The position numbers and the translations under genes are program-made. Below, one piece after another: positions 50,200 through 58,644 of a DNA stretch of 64,000 nucleotides; positions within the stretch are counted from its first letter, which is position 1, and the number at the start of each line of letters is the position of its first letter. Below the pieces are notes generated by a model. The model saw only the letters and a program-made list of their open reading frames with translations, made no database searches and had not been told where the DNA came from. Source of the stretch: Squalus acanthias (Eukaryota); the NCBI GenBank assembly GCA_030390025.1, contig CM059433.1, forward strand, positions 26,352,001-26,416,000. The letters are read 5' to 3'.

Positions 50200-53100
50200 T
50201 TAAATTCTGAGAAGGCTGCTGCGAGCTCTTCCCGACGGTGGGAGGGCACTGACCCTTCCCTCTGATCTGCCGCAGCCTGTTGCTGCGCTGACCCTTCCCT
50301 CTGATCTGCCGCAGCCTGTTGCTGCGCTGACCCTTCCCTCTGATCTGCCGCAGCCTGTTACTGCTGCGATGTGGCCGGTCTGTACCCGGGTTATCTTAAC
50401 CTGAAGTCTACGCCTTGGGGCAGTCTGGGGACATGACCACATCCTCCTGGGCTGGGGTTCTCTATTTGACCTACGGGGAGTTGCTATGGGCGGGGGTTCC
50501 GTGACGGACGGACCGGGTTCCGAGACCTCCAACGGGATGACCTGGGGTTCCATCACAGTCGCCGGCTCCGCCTCCGCTGACTCCGCCTCCCTAACCTCGG
50601 GGCTGGCAGTTCGTGGCTCCGCCCTGCTCGGCCCAGCAGGCGGCCCTTCACTCGTGATCTCTGCCTCCCCTGAGGACTGGACGTTCAAAGCGGGCGGCCA
50701 CATCTCTGGGAGCCACACCGGTACTCTCTGTGCTCCTATAGCGGCTGGCCCTGCCTCCTCTAGCTCCTCCCTCCTGTCCTCGGGACCTGCAGCTTGTGTG
50801 TCCACCCTGTGTGGATCTCTACCTATAGGCCCCATTCCCTCCAGACCGTTCCTCAGGAACCACCCGTCATCATCACTATGCTCATCTGCACTATCCTCAT
50901 CTGACCAGGGTACCCTGAGTTCTTCCTCATCTAACCCCCAATTCCAGAAAAACGCTGCATGATCGTCCGGGATGTCCCTTCCCCTGATGCAAGCTGCTAT
51001 GCCTGCCTGTGTGCCTTGTGGTCCTACCTGGGGCTGTGCTTTCCCATTGGCGGGATTTACCCCTGTAGTTTTCCCCTGCGCACCTGGCTGGTACAGTTTG
51101 CATTGGTTTATGTGGAACCACTTAGTGCGCCGAGGTACTTTTACGGCGTAAACCATGGGACTCGCCTTGTCTACAATGTTGTAGGGTCCCATATACAGTG
51201 GTTCCAGACTCCCTACTCTGGCGTAGTTTCTGACCATGACCTGGTCTCCTACTTCCCACTCCCGTGTTTTGCGGGGTTCCAGCAACAAGCGATTGCCCTG
51301 ATGCTGCCTTCCCATGTTCCCAGCCGCCTGCTCATAAACTTGCTTCAGGCGCTCCAAGAGAGTCTGGGCGAACTTGTCCCTGCTTATCTCTTGGAGCTGA
51401 CCCTCAGTGAGCACCGGGGCTAGCACATGGGTGGGGGTTCGCATGAGCCTGCCGGTCATTACCTCGTGCGGGGAGTACCCCGTACTTTTTGACTGACTGG
51501 CCCGGACCCCCATGAGGACTAAAGGCAGAACTTCCGCCCATTTTTGGGGCGAGTTCCTAGTCTCTTTCCTCAATTTCTCCTTCAGGGTCCGGTTCATACG
51601 TTCAACAATCCCGGATGACTGGGGATTGTGTGCTACGTGCCACTTCCCTTCAATGCCCAAAAGCATGAGGGTGTTCTGCATCACCTGGCCGGTGAAATGA
51701 CTCCCTTGGTCTGACTCCACAAAACGGGGGAGTCCCCACCGCGAGAACACTTCCCGGACCAAGATTTTTGCTGTACCCAGTGCCGTAGCTGTTCGACAAG
51801 GGAAGGCTTCCACCCACTTGGAAAACACATCCACCAAGACGAGGCAGTACTTATAACCTCCCTGGGTGGTGGGCAGGGGTCCTATATAGTCGATCTGTAT
51901 CGACTGCCATGGTCCCTCTACCCTTCTTACGTGTCCCATGGGCACCTTCCTTTTCTGGGGGTCTGGGTTGTTTGCAGCGCACACAAGACAGTTTGCACAG
52001 AACTCGCGGACTTGTTCCCTGAGCCCTGGCCACCATCCCGCTTGCTCTACCCGTTGCCAGGTAACCTCGGGCCCGGGGTGCCCTGCCCCTGGTCCCTCGT
52101 GAGCCAACTGGAGGAATTCCCTCCTGTGCTGCTGCGGCACAACCCACTGCTCCTCGCGGAACAGCATGCCTTCCTTAACTGAGAGGGTTGCCGTACTGTA
52201 CGGACCTTCTACCTGCCTCCCCTCAGCAATCGTTTTTAGGACTGCTTTTAGGGCGGGATCCTGGGCTTGGACGGTCTTGAGGTCTAGGGGCAATGCTACC
52301 CTGGTGTTCCCGGGATTCCCGTCCCCGCCTCGGACCGCTGCTATGGGTCCGGTCCTATAGGGGTTCCAGAAAGTGCCGTCGCGGGCACCCTCCCTGGCCA
52401 GCGCATCCGCCTGCCGGTTGCCCTCCCCACGGGGCTCTGTGGAGGAGTGAGCTTTCACCTTATGGATGAAAATCTCTCCTTCCTCCCCTACTGCTGCTGC
52501 TAAGATCTTTTCCAGCAAGGGCTTCACCGTTAAAGGTCGCCCGTCCGCGGAGGTGTATCCGCGGCGGGACCAAATGGCCAGGTATTCCGTACACGAATTG
52601 CAGGTGAACATACTGTCCGAGCAAATCGTGTATGGGGTTGGGAAAATGTCTGGGTGGGTCACAACGTACACCACGGCAGACAGCTCAGCCTGCTGCGCGC
52701 TCATGGTGCTAGGGAGCTTGATCGCCAGGGCAAGGTCTGCCGCAGGGTCATAAACTCCACACCCTGTGAGTCGCTCGCCAGCAGACACTGTGCTAGACCC
52801 ATCAACATAAATCTCGCGCCCAGTGGGATGTATCCCGGCCCGTAAACCTATGTTGACGTCCCACACCCCTTCCACCGAACACCGGTGGGCTGTACCGGGG
52901 TATACCAAATTGGCCGCAAGCCTGGGCTCGCAAAGACCTTTTACTCTAAGATCCAGCTGGGAGAGAAGAAGGGTCCAACGCGCAATGCGTGCGCTGCTTA
53001 CGGTCCCGTCTTTAATCCTCCCATCCAGAAGCATCTTAGTTGGTGTGTGATGTGTGAGGAGAGTGATGGGAGAGAGCCCTGTGAAGATCGCTGATCTTTT

Positions 53101-54762
53101 CACAGCCCAATGCGTGGCTAAAAGGTGCCTTTCGCAATTGGAGAAACTTCTCTCCACATCCGTTAATACCCTGGATGAATAGACAACCGGCCTCAGCTTG
53201 CCGTGACGCTCTTGGAGCAGCACGGCGCTTAAGCTGTCTCCGCTGGCAGCTACCTCCAGGAAAAACTCCTTCCCCCCATCTATGGCCCCTAAGGCTGGCG
53301 CGGTCTGCAGATCCCTTTTTAACTTCTCGAAGGCTGCTTGGCAGCCCTCGTCCCAAAACCACTCCACCCCCTTATGGAGGAGTCGGAGGAGCGGCGCCGC
53401 TGTGGCCGCATAATCTTCGATAAAATCCCTGCAGTAACCGGTCAGTCCCAAGAAGGACCTCACACCCCTTACGTTGTTGGGAATCGGTAATTCTTGCACC
53501 GACTCCCTCCTTGCTTTGTCTATGGCTCTTTCCCCAGCGCGTATGGTCAGTCCCAGGAATTTTACTTCCCGCTGACCGATACGTGCTTTCTTAGGGTTTA
53601 TTTTAAAACCCTTTCTCGCTAACAGCTCCAATAACTCGTCCAGTAGTGGTCCGTGCTCCTCCCTTGAGTCCGTAAATAGGAGCAAATCGTCCACATACTG
53701 TACTATCTGATTGGGCTGACTAAACTCCTTTAAACTTCCTGCCATACACTGATGAAAAATGCTGGGGCTATTGTGGAAACCCTGTGGCAGACAGTTCCAC
53801 GTGTACTGTTGCCCTTTGAAAGTAAAGGCAAACTTGTACTGGTCCTCTCGCCGCAGCGGGATGGACCAAAAACCGTTCGAGATATCCAGCACCGTGAACG
53901 TGGTCGCGGACGCTGGGATGCTCCCTATTAGGTCAGCAACTGCTGCTACTGTGGGTGCGCAGGCGGGAATGTTACCGTTAAGGACTCTGTAGTCCACCGT
54001 GGCTCTCCACGAATTATCCGGCTTCCTAACCGGCCATAATGGGGAGTTCACGTGTGTGGCTATCGGCCTCAACACGCCCTGCTGCACCAAGGAAGACATT
54101 GCTGTCTCCATATCGGGTTCGGCTTCTTTGGGGAAGTTATACTGCTTTTGGGGTCGGGTCATGGGGTCCCCATCTACGCTGACCTCAAACCCGACCACTC
54201 TCCCACAATCGTGCTTGTGGGTTGCAAACGCGTGCATATTATCTGACACGTACGTTTGCATGTCCGTTGGGACATCTGCGACCATAAGCCTGAGGTCGTA
54301 GCCTCCGGATGGCTGTACGGTACACAGGACCCCTGTTTCTTCCTCCCCCGGAATCACTATTACCTCGCCCTTTTCACCTTTAGCCCCCCAGAGACAGTGA
54401 TTTCTGAGGTCCACGAGGATCCCGTGTCCCGCTCGGAGATCGGACCCGAGAATACCTCTTCCACCCCCCTTTTGCCATGCCATCAGTATACACTTCCACT
54501 TAAGGCGAAGTGTTCCTAAACGAATGGATAGCGGAAGGGAAAACGTGCCAGCCTGTTCTTTTCCTGTGAACCCTGCTAACGTGAATGGGACCTTGGTAGA
54601 TAGCGGCGAGTCAAAAGGGTTATCTGTATGGATTATGGTGCAAGAAGCTCCCGTGTCCAACAAATAACTACCCTTCTGTTTCTCTACCTCCATCTCCACC
54701 ACAGGTCGCCTCCACGCATCATAGCTAAGCGGACACAGGTAGACGGGCTGTGCTGGTTCTAG
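50200..54762 (-). CDS. pol: Pol: protease, RT, RNase H-like tether, RNase H, integrase and C-terminal extension; in frame with gag
   Basis: LLDTGAS; LDISNGF, LPQGFHNSP, YVDD; IYVDGS...AELSAV...SDS...HKVKAH...GNRQADALA; HHCC and IDYIG/SDQGSHF/GIVERMN; GPY. Confidence 0.96.
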   Translation of the reverse strand, partial: LEPAQPVYLCPLSYDAWRRPVVEMEVEKQKGSYLLDTGASCTIIHTDNPFDSPLSTKVPFTLAGFTGKEQAGTFSLPLSIRLGTLRLKWKCILMAWQKGGGRGILGSDLRAGHGILVDLRNHCLWGAKGEKGEVIVIPGEEETGVLCTVQPSGGYDLRLMVADVPTDMQTYVSDNMHAFATHKHDCGRVVGFEVSVDGDPMTRPQKQYNFPKEAEPDMETAMSSLVQQGVLRPIATHVNSPLWPVRKPDNSWRATVDYRVLNGNIPACAPTVAAVADLIGSIPASATTFTVLDISNGFWSIPLRREDQYKFAFTFKGQQYTWNCLPQGFHNSPSIFHQCMAGSLKEFSQPNQIVQYVDDLLLFTDSREEHGPLLDELLELLARKGFKINPKKARIGQREVKFLGLTIRAGERAIDKARRESVQELPIPNNVRGVRSFLGLTGYCRDFIEDYAATAAPLLRLLHKGVEWFWDEGCQAAFEKLKRDLQTAPALGAIDGGKEFFLEVAASGDSLSAVLLQERHGKLRPVVYSSRVLTDVERSFSNCERHLLATHWAVKRSAIFTGLSPITLLTHHTPTKMLLDGRIKDGTVSSARIARWTLLLSQLDLRVKGLCEPRLAANLVYPGTAHRCSVEGVWDVNIGLRAGIHPTGREIYVDGSSTVSAGERLTGCGVYDPAADLALAIKLPSTMSAQQAELSAVVYVVTHPDIFPTPYTICSDSMFTCNSCTEYLAIWSRRGYTSADGRPLTVKPLLEKILAAAVGEEGEIFIHKVKAHSSTEPRGEGNRQADALAREGARDGTFWNPYRTGPIAAVRGGDGNPGNTRVALPLDLKTVQAQDPALKAVLKTIAEGRQVEGPYSTATLSVKEGMLFREEQWVVPQQHRREFLQLAHEGPGAGHPGPEVTWQRVEQAGWWPGLREQVREFCANCLVCAANNPDPQKRKVPMGHVRRVEGPWQSIQIDYIGPLPTTQGGYKYCLVLVDVFSKWVEAFPCRTATALGTAKILVREVFSRWGLPRFVESDQGSHFTGQVMQNTLMLLGIEGKWHVAHNPQSSGIVERMNRTLKEKLRKETRNSPQKWAEVLPLVLMGVRASQSKSTGYSPHEVMTGRLMRTPTHVLAPVLTEGQLQEISRDKFAQTLLERLKQVYEQAAGNMGRQHQGNRLLLEPRKTREWEVGDQVMVRNYARVGSLEPLYMGPYNIVDKASPMVYAVKVPRRTKWFHINQCKLYQPGAQGKTTGVNPANGKAQPQVGPQGTQAGIAACIRGRDIPDDHAAFFWNWGLDEEELRVPWSDEDSADEHSDDDGWFLRNGLEGMGPIGRDPHRVDTQAAGPEDRREELEEAGPAAIGAQRVPVWLPEMWPPALNVQSSGEAEITSEGPPAGPSRAEPRTASPEVREAESAEAEPATVMEPQVIPLEVSEPGPSVTEPPPIATPRRSNREPQPRRMWSCPQTAPRRRLQVKITRVQTGHIAAVTGCGRSEGRVSAATGCGRSEGRVSAATGCGRSEGRVSALPPSGRARSSLLRI

Positions 54763-56574
54763 TCATGGGGCACTATTAGACGGTCCTGCGGCACCTACGG
54801 GGCCGGTTGCGACCGCCACCTGTCCACGCGCATTCAAGACCAGCTTACGCATGGCTCCTAACACTGCTTCGAGGTCGTCGGGAGGGGTGGGTGCCTTGGC
54901 TTCCTTAGCCGGGACAGGCGCCTGGGCTCGCACCGCGGGATTTTTATCCTTGGAATCCTTCCAAGGGTTCCTGCAATGCTTGCGCCAGTGCCCTGTCTTC
55001 CCACACCCGTAACAAGCATTACTTGCCTGTGGGGCGCGATTACCCTCCTGATGCCACTCTCTTTGATACGGGGCTGCGGGTCGTACCTCATGTACTCTTC
55101 CCTTAAGGGGACGTGTTGCCATACCCCTTATATTGCGATAACCTAACGTGAGTCGATTCAAGACCGACTCTTCCGTAATGTTGAGGTCATTGGGATCAAA
55201 CCATGCTTTTGCCTGCTCTCTGACGGCTGGTAAACTGTTGGCTATTATGCACCTAAGCCAATGAGTTAAAGCGGCGCCTTCCACATCTTCGCGCTCGGGC
55301 GCGCCTAGACAGCTGCGCTCATATACTGGCCACAGCCTGTCGGCAAAAACCTTCGGGGGTTCTCCCTCCATCTGCACTGTCTGTCCCACTCTAGCAAACG
55401 GACCTTCGTCGTTCGCCCCCAACACTTCTAGGACCTCATTCTTTAATTCCTCATAACTCTTGGTTCCCCTCTTGCTCTCGCCTGAGAGACACTGAAGGAC
55501 CGAGCTGTCTAATGAGAACAGCAGCATTTTTGCTGTCTCCCCATCATCGCAGCCGTTAATGGCTGCGGCTTGCTCAACTTCTCTGAAATGTACGGAAGGG
55601 TCGTCTATCTCGGTCAGCTTCCGTACGTGATTTATCATAGCTCTCAGCTGATGTGAACTGTGAGGCAACACCAGCTGTCCGAGGAGATCCCCCGGTTCTT
55701 CCCCACCGTTTCTGCTTGGGCCCCTTTTAATACCCGTTACTGGATACAACGATCCCTTTTCTACTTCCTTTTCAATGGGTTCTTTTGTTTCTTCCATTGC
55801 TTCCTCCCTAACCCAGGTTTCTGAATAGCTGGGTGGCGCGGAGGGCGCAGTGGCTACTAGTTCTTCTGCTTTACTTGGTGGGGATTTTCTAAATCTCTCA
55901 TTTACTAGCGGCTGGTGCGCCGACGGATTGATAAGGCACACCATGCCGTTCGCATTGTTCACGGCCTTTTTGAGGTGCTCTATCTCCCTTTGGCAGGCGC
56001 TATGATCGGCTCCCTGAAACTTATCCTCAAGGGCCAACTTATATGCCGACCTAACCCCCATTAAGCTCTCTTCTTGAGTTCTTATCTGGGCAGCTTGGTG
56101 GTTACATCTTTCCTTTAACCTGCTCTCATTCAATTTTGCCTCAGTGACCTGGCACTCGAGATAATCTATCCTTGTTTTAAGGTGACTGGAGACTTCCTGG
56201 CTTTCTTGGTGTAACTCATTTAAATTCTTAATGAGCACCTCCCCTCCAGAAACCTTCTCCTCCATTTCTCCCTCTAAATGACTGATTCGAGCTACTAGCG
56301 CTGTAATGGTCTGGTTTGAAATCTGAACCTGCCTTTTGTAACACATAAGCCAGACTGCTTTCTCAAGTGTCTTTCTATGTTCTTTACTATCTGTCCACCT
56401 TTCAGCTGCCTCTAGTGGGCTCTTATCCGCTAACAATTCACTTATCCATTTCTTAGTTAGATTAACCTTTCCAAACACATAATCCGCTATCTTTTCCTGC
56501 ATAACATTTCGTACAGTCATTCCAAAATCTAACACACTACCCTCTCGCTGCCAGTGTCCTGCCGCGGTCGCCAT
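54763..56574 (-). CDS. gag: Gag with coiled-coil N-region, PSAPPSY late domains and a CCHC zinc knuckle
   Basis: First ATG 3' of the LTR in AAAATGG context (MATAAGHW...); CYGCGKTGHWRKHC = CX2CX4HX4C. Confidence 0.9.
   Translation of the reverse strand: MATAAGHWQREGSVLDFGMTVRNVMQEKIADYVFGKVNLTKKWISELLADKSPLEAAERWTDSKEHRKTLEKAVWLMCYKRQVQISNQTITALVARISHLEGEMEEKVSGGEVLIKNLNELHQESQEVSSHLKTRIDYLECQVTEAKLNESRLKERCNHQAAQIRTQEESLMGVRSAYKLALEDKFQGADHSACQREIEHLKKAVNNANGMVCLINPSAHQPLVNERFRKSPPSKAEELVATAPSAPPSYSETWVREEAMEETKEPIEKEVEKGSLYPVTGIKRGPSRNGGEEPGDLLGQLVLPHSSHQLRAMINHVRKLTEIDDPSVHFREVEQAAAINGCDDGETAKMLLFSLDSSVLQCLSGESKRGTKSYEELKNEVLEVLGANDEGPFARVGQTVQMEGEPPKVFADRLWPVYERSCLGAPEREDVEGAALTHWLRCIIANSLPAVREQAKAWFDPNDLNITEESVLNRLTLGYRNIRGMATRPLKGRVHEVRPAAPYQREWHQEGNRAPQASNACYGCGKTGHWRKHCRNPWKDSKDKNPAVRAQAPVPAKEAKAPTPPDDLEAVLGAMRKLVLNARGQVAVATGPVGAAGPSNSAP
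56557..56573 (-). other. Primer-binding site (tRNA-Ser-like)
   Basis: TGGCGACCGCGGCAGGA begins 5 nt after the 5' LTR CA; TGG start and CGGCAGGA resemble the complement of a tRNA-Ser 3' end (from memory; imperfect match). Confidence 0.6.
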
Positions 56575-56578
56575 TTTC

Positions 56579-58300
56579 TGTAAGGGATTCCTGACCCTGC
56601 GTGTCTCGCAGCCTGTGAGATTCACGCGGCTCTGTGCAGCCTGTATGTCAGTGCGGGTCTAGGCCTTGTTGCCTGTTCTGGTCTCCAGCCAGTCTGGGAA
56701 CACTAGACACACCTGTGAGTGGTTCGAATCACTCTCCCTTACGGTTCTAGACACTGGACTTAGATGCGAGAGCAGTAATGGAGATAAAACTCATGTAGAC
56801 TTGGTTTGAATGGTACGAAATGGAAAATCTTTATTGCATGATACTTAAAATTATGAAGTACATGTCATAAGCACAGATTAATGACAGTACAATCTTACAA
56901 ACAGTTATATAGTCGATCTTAGGGAAACGAGGAACGAACGGCACAAAGTAAATAGGGGCACACATTACAAATATCCTTAATCCTTAAACCCTCCCCTATC
57001 AATATCTATCCTAAACTAGATTCGTAGGATCTCGAGACTCATGCTCACCACTCGTGATAACTCGGAGAAATTCCGAATAGCTGATCAGATGTTTTTCACC
57101 GCAGCACCCACGTGTCGGTCAGGAGATCTCCTGGTCCCACTTGTTTACTTGCTTCTGCTGCTCCGGCTAGCAGGCTGGACCGTCTGCTGTGATGAAGACC
57201 TGTGTTGGTTGGCTTAACAGGTACTCTTGGAGCACAGTTGTCAATATCATCGATACGATGTGTTTTCACGTTCCAGTTACCCTGGACACAGTCCAGTTAT
57301 CGTCGATGCAATATGTTTTGTTATAAGTTCAAAAGAGAAATCTTCTGGCGAGGAAAACTTGGCTAATCGACCTACAGGCGCGGTCGGGATTTACTGACCG
57401 TGGCGATGGATATGGTCTTCCTCTCTTCTCATCTCATCTCATCTCATCTCATCTCATCTCGGGCCTTCGGTTCCGCTGCCAGTTACCAACATAGGTCTTC
57501 GTTACGCGACACGAGGTAGATCCGAACGGATCAGAAAGTTCAACAGTCTTTTCAGAAGAGGCAACAGGCAAGCAGAAGCCCAACTACGAGTACACAGGAG
57601 CAGCCACGAGGTTACGAATCGACCGGATAAAAACACAGGAGCAAGCGAGCGAATGCAAGAGCAAGAGAGAGAATGGACGGTTTGGAGCCTGCAATTATAG
57701 TGCAAAAATCTTCCGTTTCCCGCCCAACTATAATGTCCATTCTTTTGTTTAGGGTTTGGCGCCCAAATGTCTTGTATGGGTGATCTCCGTTCTTAATGGG
57801 TTTCGGGGCTACTCGTAAATGTCTGAGTACCTGTTAATATTTCTCCCATTGTTAAATCGGTCGGTGTTCTCCCTGGAGGGGTTTGGGGCTTCCAAGTGTC
57901 CTGTATAACTACCTGCTAACGGCTCTCTCATCGTAGAGTCGTTGGGATTTTACATATTAATGTCCTTTGGATGGGCCCTTGATTACTCGGTACAATGGCT
58001 TTCCTTTGTACCTGGGAGACCGATTCCAGTATCTATGTTTATACTGCAAACCCATAATGTCTCGTGTATTATCTTCACTGTGCTGCATCTTAATCGATCT
58101 TGCACAAATGTTTATTGGAACGCCATCTTGTCTGCCTGTTGAAAAGTCTAGAATGTTCTGTCACGAGGTGCGGCGGCCATTTTACAGGCTGCTTGTGTCC
58201 AATTTAAACCTGCCAGCATTCTGCTGAAATAAAAGCTGTTTGAACGAAACTTTGTGTTTTCTCCTTATTAATCAAATCGCGATATATTGCGAATTCTACA
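56579..58300 (-). repeat. 5' LTR (1722 bp)
   Basis: Direct repeat of 45381-47102; candidate TATAAT (57694-57699) and GC box (57719-57725) on the minus strand. Confidence 0.97.
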
Positions 58301-58644
58301 CATGTTGGCCAGATTTGCTTAGCCTGTACAATCAAACACTTTTGTCTCGCACCTTCTTACCATCGCATTGACAATTCCTATCACTCTGACCACCATACTG
58401 ACAATTGCAAGTCGCCCTAAGCCCTCAATGTAAAAGTCCCATTTGCGAAATGACACAGGCCACAACTTCAACAGTTTGCCATCAAATCTGTTTATAATAC
58501 CATGACAAGGATGGCTGGTCCAAATACAATGCATCACTGCACCCAAGTGACTACCCTTGTGACTACTTGTGCATTATCTTCCTCTTACGCATGCTCCTAC
58601 GTGGTGCTTCCCCTGTGGCTTCAGCAGATGTGGAGGCCCCTTGC

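Larger units (their letters stand above)
45381..58300 (-). mobile_element. Full-length endogenous retrovirus-like provirus (LTR-gag-pol-env-LTR), lokiretrovirus-like
   Basis: TG...CA LTRs, 4-bp TSD CATG (45377-45380 / 58301-58304), PBS, PPT and three long open ORFs. Confidence 0.95.

Noticed and set aside
50247..50365. CRISPR-like array
   Set aside because: Head-to-tail 39-bp coding tandem repeat with no spacers, in eukaryotic DNA.
56575..56625. ORF-track gag start inside the LTR, and the matching 156-aa ORF at 44957-45427
   Set aside because: Non-ATG start within U5; the 44957 ORF is LTR sequence reading into flanking Harbinger DNA.
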